This document shows, piece by piece, positions 15,233-28,083 of a stretch of DNA of 64,000 nt (its first letter is position 1; each line of letters starts with the position of its first letter). A model generated the notes under the pieces. It saw only the letters and a program-made list of their open reading frames with translations, ran no database searches and was not told the DNA's origin. The stretch lies in the NCBI RefSeq assembly GCF_009914755.1, contig NC_060926.1. One strand, given 5' to 3'. Position numbers and translations under genes: made by a program. Origin of the DNA: the human T2T-CHM13v2.0 reference genome, Homo sapiens.

Positions 15233-17621
15233 TCATTCTGAAGTCTGATGCAGAATCCTTTCCAAAAACTATTTCCATTTATATCAGTACTTTCTCCTAG
15301 CACTATGTTGGTCAGTAAGACTTTTGACATTTACATAAAGCAAAAAGGCATTTTCATTCTCTTGGAGCCATTCTTTGAAGAGAAAGATGCTGCAGCTAGG
15401 GAAAACATTAATTAAAAGCCCATCTAACATAAATGGCTTGTCACCAAGTTACCATACTTAGCAGAACTTACACTGTCCTTGGAAGATAGAAAAATTCCTT
15501 CAGTGTTTGGTTTAACTTGAGAAGTTAACTACTCTAATTTGTAGCAATACATATTTTTCACAGGCTGCAATGTATTTGCATATTTTAAATACTTTAAGGA
15601 ATGTATCATCAAATGAGTCCCTAATGGAATGTAATTTAGTTCACAAGTTAAAAAATGGGATAACAGTTTCAGCCCGTTACTCCCCTAATGCTTGAAATAT
15701 AGTCAGAGAATGAAACAAGCAGTGTATAAAAAACAGATATTACAGTAACAACTGTCACGATAATGAGAAGGATACACTGTACTGTTTTTGCTTAGTTATA
15801 ACAAATGAGCATGAATATCTTGTTATGTTTCTTCGGGGAATAGTATTAATTCTTTCTGCTACATTGAAATGAAGCATGGTTAATGTCACTGAATGTATAT
15901 CTAAATGACTCTAAAATGTTACATTAATAGAAATGATAGAATAAAAGTCATGCAAATGAGTAGAATGTTTATGTCCTCCATATTCTTTAGTTTTTAAGTT
16001 GCGTGATTTTGAGATAACATTTCATTGTCCAAAGTATCGATGAATGTCATTTGATTTAAAAAGTAGCCTTTGAGAAAACAGAAACTGTGAGTGCTACATT
16101 ATTACTAGAGCTATGCCAGATTATAAGTACTAAAATTTACATCAGTCATCCCTTTGTTAAGAAGCATCCTTTTCTCTCCCCTGTATTTCCCCTAGCAGTA
16201 ATGAGGTAAACAATAACATCAACAACAATAAAAATGCAGCAACTCTAAAACAAGCATTTCAACTATTGTAATCCATTCCCTTCCCCAACAGCTTATTTGT
16301 TGATTAGTACCTAGATGGTGTCTGACAAGCAAAATTTATTTTCCTGTGTATTAGAATGTACATAGAGTATCACACCATATGCAAAATTCTATAGAGGTAG
16401 AATAAAGGATAACTATATTGATTAATGAGTTTGATATAACACTTCTTTTCATGTAGCAAATCATTTTATCACTTAAAACAGAAGTATCAGTAAATTGTGC
16501 CATAGATATCACTAAGTGACTTATCCATACATTTCCTAAATAACTATAATCAATCTGAAGATGTGAGATGGGGGCAACTTGGTCCTATAGTAAGACTAGC
16601 TTATTCCCAGTCTAGGAACATGGTAAGTTTTATTATATCCTAATAGATAGTACAAGTCAGACATATTAGAGATATTTTCAAGTTCTTCCAGGAAACATTT
16701 GGAATTAAGTCAGAAATGTTGGGAAATTTTGGTATGAATATATCTCCTTTAGACATTTAAAAGTCATTAGAACTGCCTGTAGAGCATGGTGGAAAACCCA
16801 GTTCATTGGAGCTGTAGAAGATTTTTCTTACTCATATTCTCCAAGTATAGCTCAGTGATCTGGGAACCTACTGAGATAATTCCAGTGCCCAAGATCCACA
16901 AAGACATCTAGCATTGTAAATATGGCTCCTGGGAAATTATGGAGAATGGGAATAACTAGCTCTAAAACATAGAGTATGTTTTTGGGAAATAAATCCCCAA
17001 AAATGCTTCTCAGTCTGTCTTTATATGTGTGGAACATACCCAACAACTTCTAAAAACAATAAGTTGACCCATATTGAAGGAGTTTGCATTTTGATTAATA
17101 AGCTATATAGAACACATTCATGGTAATTAGCACATGTCAAATAATTAATCTTCATAGCCTCATTAACAAAGGGAGCATTGCATTTTTAAGTGAAGAAAGA
17201 GAGACACAAAGAAGTAATTTGTGTTCCCTTCTGTTTTCATCAGGTGTTTGAATCCCAGTTTTTCACTACTTACAGGCAGTGAACTGCAGACTTTACTTCC
17301 TTTCTGACACAGTTGATCTACTCTTTCTACTGTCTACAAGCAAGAATTTCTTTGTGTTTTGCATTTTTACCTTTTGCTTTAAAGCAATAAGCAACATTGT
17401 CATTAACTTAAATAAAAATACCTCCATAAGCCATCTGACATTTCATTGAAAATTCTGTCATTTATATCTGCCATAAACTAATCTAACAATAACTGGCAAT
17501 GTTGAATTTGTTCTAAGTGTTAGTTTCTCTCGTTGCTATTTTCTTTTCATACCTAGTTTCTTCTAAACCAACAACAAATCTAGGAAAGATAATTTTATTG
17601 AAAAAAATATGTTTGTCTATT

Positions 17622-17628
17622 ACACACA

Positions 17629-17660
<32 letters not shown>
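17622..17660. repeat. (CA)n microsatellite with one interruption
   Basis: CA repeat containing a single CC interruption. Confidence 0.97.
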
Positions 17661-17663
<3 letters not shown>

Positions 17664-18032
17664 TCTGGTGCACTGCTCTGTGATCCCAAAAATAACAGAG
17701 GAATTAGCGATAAAGTGACAAAACATAACCAAGTTGCCTGAGCTGAACTTGTTCTTCATTATAAAGTGTATATATTTTTATAATCAATATTTTATTAACA
17801 TAGCAAGTCAGAAAGCCTTTTGTATGGATAAGCTGTCATGATTTATGGTAAAACAATTGCCATTATGTTGGGGAGATGCTACCTTTTGATTCATTGACAA
17901 AAATCTGTCATCATCTGATACACATATAGTTTAGTACAGTGACAAACCTTGTCCAGCAAGCAAAAGGCTATAGAAAATATGTACAAACTTCTGTTAAAAT
18001 TGCCTTTTCATTAGGGAGATACATTGAAATAC

Positions 18033-18387
18033 CATCTTACTTCATTCCAGATGCTCTAACAAAATACTATAGACTGAGTAGCTGATTAACAATATAAATG
18101 TATTCCTCACAGTTCTGGTAGCTGGGAAGTCCAAGATCCAGACACTGACAGATTCTGTTTCTGGTGAGGACTCTCTCCCTGGCTCATGGGTGGCTGTCCC
18201 TCAGTGGCAGAAGGGGAGAATGGGCTCCCTTGAGCCTATTTTATAAGAGCATCAAATGCATTCATATAAGGACTAAGGCCTCGCGATCTAACACTTCCCC
18301 CAAAGCTCCACTTTCTAATACCATCACATTGAGGGTCAGGATTTCAACATATGAATTTTGGGGGATACAAATACTGAGACAATAGCA
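18033..18387 (-). mobile_element. MLT1A/MLT1A0-like MaLR solo LTR
   Basis: CTCACAGTTCTGGTAGCTGGGAAGTCCAAGATC...AATACCATCACATTGAGGGTCAGGATTTCAACATATGAATTTTGGGGGATAC...ATAGCA; flanks AATAC/AAGAC fit a decayed 5-bp TSD. Confidence 0.88.
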
Positions 18388-18534
18388 AAGACACTACAAG
18401 TAAAAAGAAACAACTGACATAAGGGAAACTGTTTTCTGCCAGTAATAGATTTGTACTTTATGACTATTTAACATTTCAACTTTTTTTATGGAGTTAAAGC
18501 TAAGGGTTAGAATTTTAAATGCAATGAAGTCTTG

Positions 18535-18952
18535 CGTGGGAATTGGCAAACCATGGTTTGCAAGCCAAATATGAACCAGTGGCTATTTTTGTAAATACAG
18601 TTTTATTGAAACACATCTGTGCCTACTGATTTACATATTGTCTGTGGATGCTTGTATCATACAATTGCAGAGTTGAGTAGTTAGGACAGAAACCTTATAC
18701 AAGCTTGTGGCCAAGGACACTTTGAATGCAGCACAACACAAACGTATAAACTTTCTTAAAACATGAGATTTTTGCAATTTTTTTAAAGCTCATCAGCTAT
18801 TGCTAGTGTTAGTGTATTTGATGTGTGGCCCAAGACCATTCTTCTTCCATTTGGCCCAATGAAACCAAAAGATTGGATACCCCTGCTGAATGACCTGCAC
18901 ATCTCAAATATTTATTGTGTGCTCCTTTATTGAAAAGGTATTCTGATTCCTG
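18535..18952 (+). mobile_element. MER58A MITE interrupted by MER30
   Basis: GGCAAACCATGG...TTTTTGTAAATACAGTTTTATTGAAACAC...GCAGAGTTGAGTAGTT before the insert, resuming with AAATATTTATTGTGTG...CCTG after it. Confidence 0.8.
18700..18885 (-). mobile_element. MER30 MITE nested in MER58A
   Basis: CAAGCTTGT...CTTTGAATGC...AAACTTTCTTAAAACA...GCTCATCAGCTATTGCTAGTGTTAGTGTATTT...CCAAAAGATTGGATACCCCTG. Confidence 0.85.
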
Positions 18953-19219
18953 ATCTTCCTGTTTCTATGAAGCTTGATAATTATTAGTTAAAAGTTAGGT
19001 AAGTGCTATTTATTAAATAGGTAACTGCTATTTATTAAATAATAGAATGATGGTGATTTTTATTTCTAATTTCTATTCTTTTACTTTTTTTTAGTTTTCT
19101 GTATGTTCCAGTTTTAAAATGATTTCTACAATTAAAACATTTTAAATTTAATTTTATATATACATTTTATGATAGAAATATATTTTTAAATGTACCTTTA
19201 AAGATTAAACTGTTTTGTT

Positions 19220-20498
19220 CTTTTCCAACAAAATTCTCCAAAGAGTTATTTATATTCACTGTCTGCAATTCTTTTATTTTCATTCTCTCTAAATTTATTC
19301 TCATTTGGATTTTATCTCAACAGGACTTTAAAATTACTCTCATTAAACCCTTCAATGGTCATACATTGCTAAATTCAATGTTTATTTCTTGCTTCTTTTC
19401 TTGACCTATTAGCAGCATTTGAAAAACTTAATAACTCCCTTGAAATTCTTTCTGTACTTGGCTTCTAGAATTCTATGTACATCTGATTTCCCCCTTACAT
19501 AACTGGTTGGTTGTTTTCAATCTCCTTTTTTTGACCTTTATTCTTCTCTTCAGCCTCATGTTAACTGTCAGTTTCCTTTGAGCACTGTCCTTGATCACCT
19601 TTCTCAGTCTGCACACTCTCACTGTACACATCCCATATCCGACTGAAGTCTCTTTTATAAGTTAACAACTCTGAAATGCATATCCTTATGTTATTCTGGA
19701 ATGCAGAAGTATATTTACTACCTTCTTGACATCTACCCTTGATAATCTAACAGGCAAATCAAATTTGACCTGTCTATAATTGAACTCTTCACCACAATTC
19801 TACCCCAAATTGACCTTTCTGGAATCTACTTTATCTAAATTAATGGAAATTCTGTCTCCAGTGGTTCAAACTAAACACTTTAAAGTCATCCTTGACCTCT
19901 CTCTTTCTCATTTTAACAAATTATTTAACACTTTAAAAAATTATGGTAGCTCCACCTTTATTTTATGTCTAGAACTTAAGACTCACACCTTTTATTAGGA
20001 ATGCAGTTAATGCCCTAGTCTGGGCCATCATCATCTCTTGCCCTCAAGGTACTTAACAATGCCTATAAAGCCTTCTGTGCTTAGCGCCCAGTTATTTCTC
20101 CTTTACTATTACTTTGCTCCTGTTTCACCACCTCTGCAAAGCTCTACCATGACAGGAAACACTCTCCAGCTTCAGGGCTTTTGTGCTTGCTCTTTACTCT
20201 GTCCACATCCCCACTTCCCAACCAATTCCCACAACCCAGCTATGTACTAGGTAACTGCCTCAATTATTTTCTTGCTTTAATTGCAATTTCTCAATGCCTC
20301 CCATGCTGCTTATGTAATTTATCACCTTTCTCTAGTCTTTTCAGTTCTCATTGCCTTTGGTTTTCTGTGATAGCCTATAATTTGCTTTTTGATCATGTAT
20401 ACTTTTTATCTGTCCCTCTTATAGAAGCTAAGCCCCAAGAAGACAGTAATTGTTTCTGTTCCCTAAAGTATTCCCAGCACCGAAAAATACCTGACAGC

Positions 20499-20548
<50 letters not shown>

Positions 20549-20560
20549 AATTTGTTGGAA
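19220..20560 (+). mobile_element. L2 LINE 3' portion
   Basis: Pyrimidine-rich L2 motifs (CATTGCTAAATTCAATG, TTGACCTATTAGCAGCATTTGA, AGTCATCCTTGAC, TAAATTTGTTGGAA 3' end). Confidence 0.8.
20500..20546. repeat. (CA)23 microsatellite
   Basis: Perfect CA repeat. Confidence 0.98.
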
Positions 20561-22789
20561 AAGAGCAAAATGTTTAACCTTTAAAAGTACATTTTAAAAT
20601 ATATTTCTATTATAAAATGTACATTTAAAAGTAAATTAAATGTAAAAGGTGTTCACATTATACAAATCATTTAAAAATTGGAACATAGAAAGTTAATGAA
20701 TAGAAAATGAAATAAAAATCACTGATATATATATTTAAATAAATGTGTAAGAAATTAATACATATATATGTGCACATAGAGGTAAACATATCTATCTGCC
20801 ACTCACTCCAGAAGAAGTCAAGCTTTCATCACTTTCACAAATTTTATTGTACATAGGTGACTTTCTTCCCAAAAAATGGCAAGTATATTGTCAAGTTTGG
20901 GGTTCTATATATTTTTCTCAAATCTTATTTCATTAGCAGTTTATCAGTTAGGAAACGTATTCTGGATAGGCTTTTAAAAAATTGTTCTAGACCTAATTTT
21001 CTGATAATGCTGCACACTGAAAAACTGTTTAACTTTCTTGCCATGGGGTATTGCTGAGTCAACTAAATATCCTTTTAGACCAATCAGATCATTCCTGGAA
21101 GCAATACTCCAGTAGTGACAGTCACAAAATCTATTAGAGAATCTACCAAGACACATTTCATCGGCTTTTTGGGTTTTATTTTTAAATAGTCAAATAAATG
21201 AAAACTTCTATCTAAATTTCATCACAAAGAGATTACTGTCTTACAATCCATACATATTATTTGAAAGATTTAGCATTACCTAGTTTAGTAGCTATATGTT
21301 ATACTTTTGTTTTGTATTACTGCTTATTTAACTTTTTCTATCTTTCAAGAAAACAAGTAGATCCAAGAAGAATACTTCATCTCTTGAAGACCTTTTCTTA
21401 ACTACTTTTCTGTCCTAATTTCTTAATATCTTTATTCTTCATGTAAAATTCCAGGAGTATTGATGTGCCCTTTTGGATTTTGATTCTGAGGCACAGCTTA
21501 TTTTTGCTTTTCCCAGTTGCTTGTATTAATTCACGAACAATTTTTTTTACTCTTATTTTATTTCTTGGACACTTATGATGTGTCTCATATTGAACTCTAT
21601 GCGAGAGGGACCCAAAATTCAAATACCTTACTATTATGCTGTATTTTGTTCTTTTCATAAGTTGTGTCATAGAAACAAATATTAATTTTAAATAAATTTA
21701 GAAACAACGTTTATGGTAAATTTGTACAACTTCTGCTGTTGAGGACAAATTTTCAACCTCACTTAAAGCCTTTACCTATAGAATTTATTGTAAAAGGTAC
21801 CATTCTTATATATATATAGGTCAATGCAGAAAACTGCTGTTAGCTTAATAAAGTGAAAAACAGTAAAGATAAGCCAGTGCGTCAACACATATACATGAAT
21901 ATATTTGAATTTATCTCGCTAGTTAAAAAATATTAACATAAAGTAGAGAAATAGAAATATCCTATTTGTTCTGGAATTAATGTCAGAGAAAAAAAGTCTA
22001 TTTTGAACATGTTTGTTCTTCTCTAACAAGTATTTCTTTCTATGATGTCACGTATTTGCTCTTTTAAAAAAAGACACATCTGCCTTGTTTTAAACATTAT
22101 ATACATAATAAAAGTAATATTTTACTATTTAATCATTTTTATAACACATTACTTTAGAAGAACGACTTGTTGTGCATCTTATATTTAAAATAATTTCATG
22201 CCCTTAGATATCTCCCTAAAAGAAAAATTACTCAATAATTTGATATTTTCAGTTTTCTTGTTTTATCAATTTATAACTTTTAAATATATCAGTATACACT
22301 TCTGATCTATATTAAAAACTGTATTCTTATGTTTCTGTTTTTAGTAAATATATTCAGATTCATTCATTATTATTTTTATGAGCAAACCTGGAAAATTTCA
22401 ATCCCTTTAATTTTCCATAAAACAATTGCAGCATGGTGGAATTCCATGAAGGACAAAGGCTACAAAATGCAGGAGAGATATTGTTAATGTCTTCAGTTTT
22501 CTGATCAGCTATTCCATGGTGCAAAGGATCTCAGTAAGTAAAAGCTTTGGGTTGAGCTCCATAGTAGGGGTCCTGAGGAGTGCTGATGATTCTTTAATAT
22601 CCCAAATTCTCAGGGATTCTTAAAGGTTTGCCAACATAGGCACCAAAACAACATAAGATGTGCCATAGACTGAAGTCAGAACTTGTAGTCAATAAAAAAT
22701 CTACCACATATTTCACCAACCATTGATTTTAACAGTGGAAACCAGTAAGCTGACCAAAAACATGACCAAATTAGCTACACAGCAATGAA

Positions 22790-22891
22790 AGCTAGTCCTG
22801 AAAATATTAGACAGTCAGATACTGTGTCTGAATATTAGATAGTCAAGTACTGTAGCTAGTCCTGGAAATACTAGATATTCACATACTGTAG
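22790..22891. repeat. Degenerate tandem repeat, three ~30-36-bp units
   Basis: GCTAGTCCTGAAAATATTAGACAGTCAGATACTGT / GTCTGAATATTAGATAGTCAAGTACTGTA / GCTAGTCCTGGAAATACTAGATATTCACATACTGTA. Confidence 0.8.
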
Positions 22892-23027
22892 TTTTCTACT
22901 TCATGATGAACAGTTAGTAAAGATCAATTATTCTAATGCTCCTTTCACTCACTCTGGTAGAGTGTTGATTGTTCTTCAGTAATGATTCTTCCTTTCTTTC
23001 ATAGTAACAAAACTTCTCAATTTTTAA

Positions 23028-23359
<332 letters not shown>

Positions 23360-23489
23360 CTGGACACATAATTTGTTTAAAAATAAAGTGTGTAACTAAG
23401 GTCTCACCGATAATATATGAACAGAAAGAAAACTTGCGGAAACTTTCAATGAACATTACTTCAAAGAAAATTGACCTTGTCTTTCGCTC

Positions 23490-23755
23490 ATCTTCAAGTA
23501 GTCTTAGATTCCGACACTTGTAATATGGGATGTGATGGCTAGGCTAGTTGCAACCATCTTGAACCCCGAAGATGAAGACCATAGCTGGCACTGAAGGGTG
23601 ATGAGATGCAATCAGCCTACGTCCTGAGGACTTTGTGAACAGAGATTTTATAGCGGCCTTCAGAATTTTATTTCAGAAACAAGTACCCCTCTTGTTTAGC
23701 TATGTTTACCATGTTGTGTTCTTTCTCACAGCCAGACATAACTACGTATCGTACT
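23490..23755 (+). mobile_element. Old MaLR LTR fragment (MLT1J/K/L-like)
   Basis: GGATGTGATGGCTAGG...GCAACCATCTTGAACC...CTCTTGTTTAG...CACAGCCAGACATAACTA. Confidence 0.6.
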
Positions 23756-23849
23756 TAATATTTCCATATTTACCCTTACATTATTTATGGTAAGTTGACT
23801 AGTTTATGCATGTTTTAACAATTGTCTACATCCCCTGCTGTACATCTAC

Positions 23850-24100
23850 ATGTAATGGTTAAGAGTATAGCTCTGTAGCTTGACTGATTTTGGTCTGCCA
23901 TTGACTAGATGTGTTATATTTTCAAGTTATTTAACCTCTCTAAGCATCAGCTGGTGTCATCATGAGATAGTTATAATAATGGGACCTACTATTTCATAAT
24001 ATTGTCATAAGAAACCATTTACAGACTGTACACAGGGCTCTGCATAGATGAAGATATACATGAAGTACTAACATTTATAAGTGGTAACAATTATAAGTGG
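23850..24100 (+). mobile_element. MIR SINE
   Basis: GTAATGGTTAAGAGTATAGCTCTG...CAAGTTATTTAACCTCTCTAAGCATCAG...ACCTACTATTTCATAATATTGT. Confidence 0.65.
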
Positions 24101-25384
24101 TAGGAAAAGTACTAGACAATGAATGTAGGCCAGAGTTTAATGTTTAATAATGGTAGTGATAATTTTATGCATATGTACATATACATAAGCAATTTTAAAT
24201 TTCAAAAATCTATTGTAAATTCAAAGCTGTTACTTTTGTTATGTGAAAAAGCTTACAATGCTTATAATGCAACAATGGATGTCAACATTTCAACTAAAGC
24301 TACTTTGATTTTAGTAGGATAATTTTAAAAGAAATCCTTTCTATTGCTGGAAAAGAAATATTTTTATGTGTTAAATGGGCTAGTTTTAGAATTTTAGATA
24401 CAACTAAATTTATGAAGAAATATTTTAGGCTACTATTGGTCTTTAATACATTTTATTTTATTTCATTTTATATATATGGTAAATCATATAAACTTTTTGA
24501 GTGATACATTAATTTCATAGTAAGCCTTTTATTTTTGGACATTTCTTACCTACAAGAGTGATCCACTAACAATAATTTAAGAATCATTGTTTGAAGAGTT
24601 GAAAGAAAATACATTCAACTGGCAATCCCTCACTTTTTTTTTTTTTTGCCTGTTTTAAGGATGTTATTTGTATACTTTTGAATCTGATGCTATCTCTTTC
24701 TAAATAAAAGACAGATTAACTTATACTAAAATTATTAAAATTATTAAAGATTTATATAGTTTCCTATTCTCTTTAAAACATGGAATCACGTATTAAGAAG
24801 AGCAATGTGGCTTTGTATTCTAGGGAAAAAATACTGCCAATATGCCATTTGTTCATTTTCAGAAAATACTATATGAAATACCATTTTCCGCTTGACACAA
24901 TTGCTTTAATTTTTAGCAAGAAAAATGTGTCCGACTAAACAGAACAATCGAATCATTGTCTCTTTCAAAAGTGGTGTCATATTCTATGTCTCTTTTCAGT
25001 ATTGTGTACATCATCTAATGATTTTCTGTTGGCTTAATATGGCTTCTTATCACAAACTGATTAGCTAATGTAAAATATATAGAGCTAAAATGATTTCTAA
25101 GTATTCTCAGTTCCTAAATCTTTTAAAGATTTCCTGTTGGCCTATTTCTAGCCTCACAAAACTTATGTGGGTAATGAGGAGCCAAAAGGAAGAAATTTCT
25201 TTATGCTATTGTCACTCCACAATGGACTGAAACGCAGTATCAGTCCATTTTTTGAGAAAGGGAGAAAGTACGTGAGTTAAATTCAATTTTAAAAATATCC
25301 TATGAAAGATGGCCTTGATTATATTTGTTAAGTAATTCAGAATTTCACTGAAGCCGGACTGTAAAAAACCTTAATAATAATTGA

Positions 25385-25620
25385 AAATAATCATAGAACA
25401 TTTTAATGTGCCAGCCACTGTTCTACACACTTATACTAATTCACTTAATCCTGACAGCCATCCAAGGAAGTAGAAACTGTTATGTTTATTTTGTAAATAA
25501 GAGAAGTGAGTCAAGGAGGATCACAACTGGTTCAGGTCTAACATCACTGACGTAATAAAGCCAGAGGCAAGTTTAGGTTGTCTGCCTCCAAAGTTTATGC
25601 TTTTCACCAACATAATTTGT
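25385..25620 (-). mobile_element. MIR SINE
   Basis: AATGTGCCAGCCACTGTTCTA...TCACTTAATCCTGACAGC...GTCTGCCTCCAAAG...TGCTTTTCACCA. Confidence 0.7.
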
Positions 25621-25731
25621 TGTGTCTTAAATTTTGCATATTTTTTACTTTTTAAACATTTTTAGTGTGTGTATGTGTGTGTATGTGTGTTTTCCTTTTA
25701 GGAACTCATGATTGCAGGTTACATATAATAA

Positions 25732-26049
<318 letters not shown>

Positions 26050-26139
26050 TATATGTAATAATTTTAAAACCTGCTTGGTAAAAGCCTGTTAACCCCAAAC
26101 ACAGTAAATTAACAACACAATTCAACGTCAGAAAACAGA

Positions 26140-27160
26140 CTCCTGTTTCTGGCAGTAATGTTATCTAAATAACCTCCAGAAAAAACAACTGACAAAGCAC
26201 ACCTAGGCATTCTGGGTTTAATATAAAACTGCAACCTTTTAAACCTTGTAGCTGAGCTCCCAGCGTAATATTGCAATTATCAGAAACACAAAAGAAGATA
26301 GAATTGAAAATCAGAAAGTTCATACCAAAACTAAAGCAACCAGTGTATAGCTGCTGATCTTATGAAGCAAGAAGCTTGTTTGTTATGCATCTTGAGTTTT
26401 AATAATGGCTCTGTAGACAGGAAACAACCTCACAGCATCAAGAGAGTGGGCATACATACACAAATACACACAATCAAGCTGAATTCTGAAAGGCCTATTT
26501 CCTAAGTGAATTGATGAACTAGAAACATTTTTCCTGTTGACAAATACAAAACTACAAGAGATTTTACCTATCTAGTCCTAGAATCTGGTAGAAACAAAAA
26601 ATCTCACCCATAAAAATCTACAATCACAGGCTGCTCTCAGCAGTTAAGAATTTGATTTTATGATTTTTGTGTGGACCAGGAAAAAATGCCAGTTAATAAA
26701 TTCATTTTAAAATTTCCCAGGTTGGTAGTAACCCAGAACACCTGGCTGAAAGCCCAAATGTACTCAAGGTACAGACATTCAACCAATGTTTACAGAAATT
26801 TTGCAAATTACATCTTGAGAAACTTGAGCTCACCACTTAAAGTTATCAAATACATGACTACAAACCACCATCAGTGAGAATTATCAGGAACAATAAGAAA
26901 CATAACTGAAGCCCAACAGCATAGGATAAAAATAATCAAATTCATTGGATGCATACAAAATTAGTATGTTTACAGATATAATTGAAAATGATACAAAGGT
27001 ACATAGCATTATCAAAATAGAATGAGAATATATGTAAAATAAAATGTATACTAAAGAAAAATATTATTTAAGAAGAGCTCTTTAAAATGTGCTAAATAAC
27101 TAAAGAGATAATAAACTGATAGACGTGTGTAGAAAATAAAGTAGTGAAAATATGCAAATA
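26140..27160 (+). mobile_element. Ancient L1M (L1ME-like) 5'/ORF1 remnant
   Basis: A-rich + strand with the L1M 5'-end-like motif GACTCCTGTTTCTGGCAGTAATG; appears to resume at ~35430; subfamily uncertain. Confidence 0.5.
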
Positions 27161-27162
27161 TA

Positions 27163-27495
27163 TGTCTTTGCCAAGGTTCCCTTTTTCCAGAGGCAAAAGA
27201 TCATATGCTATCCCTTTATTGTTGAGTGCAACCCCAGAGATGCACAGGTGAATGAAAAGGGAAATAAAGCAGGGAAGCAGGGACAACAAATACAAGTAAG
27301 TGTGCTGAATGTGTCACTGAGCTAGCTACAGCTTCATGTCAAGTTAAATGATTGGTCTTGCCTGAACAAAGAGGAGAAAAGAGAAGATAATTTATTTTGA
27401 TTACTAAATTTCTTCTGCTGTTTGTCAAAGTTTACTGCCTACGTGGTTAACCCCATATACTTCCAGGTGGCACATAAATGGGTATCACACAGAAC
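27163..27495 (-). mobile_element. Old ERVL LTR fragment (LTR33-like), cut at the HERV-H junction
   Basis: TGTCTT...GGTTCCC start, TTTATT...CCCCAG...CAGGGAAG...GGTTAACCCC...ACTTCCAGG resemble reverse LTR33-family LTRs; remainder not found after the provirus. Confidence 0.5.
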
Positions 27496-27501
27496 AGCCT
27501 G

Positions 27502-27931
27502 AAGCAATCGCGTCCCCTGTGACTTGCACGTATACGCCCAGATGGCCTGAAGTAACTTAAGAATCACAAAAGAAGTGAATATGCCCTGCCCCACCTTAAC
27601 TGATGACATTCCACCACAAAAGAAGTGTAAATGACCGGTCCTTGCCTTAAGTGATGACATTACCTTGTGAAAGTCCTTTTCCTGGCTCATCCTGGCTCAA
27701 AAAGCACCCCGACTGAGCACCTTGCGACCCCCACTCCTGCCTGCCAGAGAACAAACCCCCTTTGACTGTAATTTTCCTTTACCTACCCAAATCCTATAAA
27801 ACGGCCCCACCCCTATCTCCATTCGCTGACTCTCTTTTCGGACTCAGCCCGCCTGCACCCAGGTGAAATAAACAGCCATGTTGCTCACACAAAGCCTGTT
27901 TGGTGGTCTCTTCACACGGACGCGCATGAAA
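27502..27931 (+). promoter_or_regulatory. HERV-H 5' LTR (LTR7, LTR7up-like), missing the first ~20-23 bp of U3
   Basis: Aligns to the 3' LTR from AAGC(A/C)ATCGC onward; ACAAAAGA twice (27566-27573, 27616-27623); GCCCCACC KLF-type site 27588-27595; TATAAAA 27795-27801; AATAAA 27867-27872; ends GCGCATGAAA. Confidence 0.96.
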
Positions 27932-27933
27932 TT

Positions 27934-27951
27934 TGGTGCCGTGACTTGGAT
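27934..27951 (+). other. tRNA-His primer-binding site
   Basis: TGGTGCCGTGACTTGGAT, one mismatch from the canonical HERV-H PBS TGGTGCCGTGACTCGGAT, 2 nt after the LTR. Confidence 0.95.
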
Positions 27952-28074
27952 CAGGGGACTTCCCCTAGGAGATCAATCCCCCGTCCTCCTGCTCTTTGCT
28001 CCTTGAGAAAGATCCACCTACGACCTCAGGTCCTCAGACCCACCAGCCCAAGAAACATCTCACCAGTTTCAAAT

Positions 28075-28083
28075 CCGGTAAGC
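28075..28083 (+). promoter_or_regulatory. HERV-H major splice donor
   Basis: CCG|GTAAGC with GT at 28078, ~145 nt after the 5' LTR, the usual HERV-H donor position. Confidence 0.8.

Noticed and set aside
25221-25253. 10-bp perfect hairpin (AATGGACTGA/TCAGTCCATT) followed by a T run, resembling an intrinsic terminator or small RNA
   Set aside because: The context is mammalian, the stem is too short for a pre-miRNA, no Pol III promoter boxes are visible, and such stems occur by chance in 64 kb.
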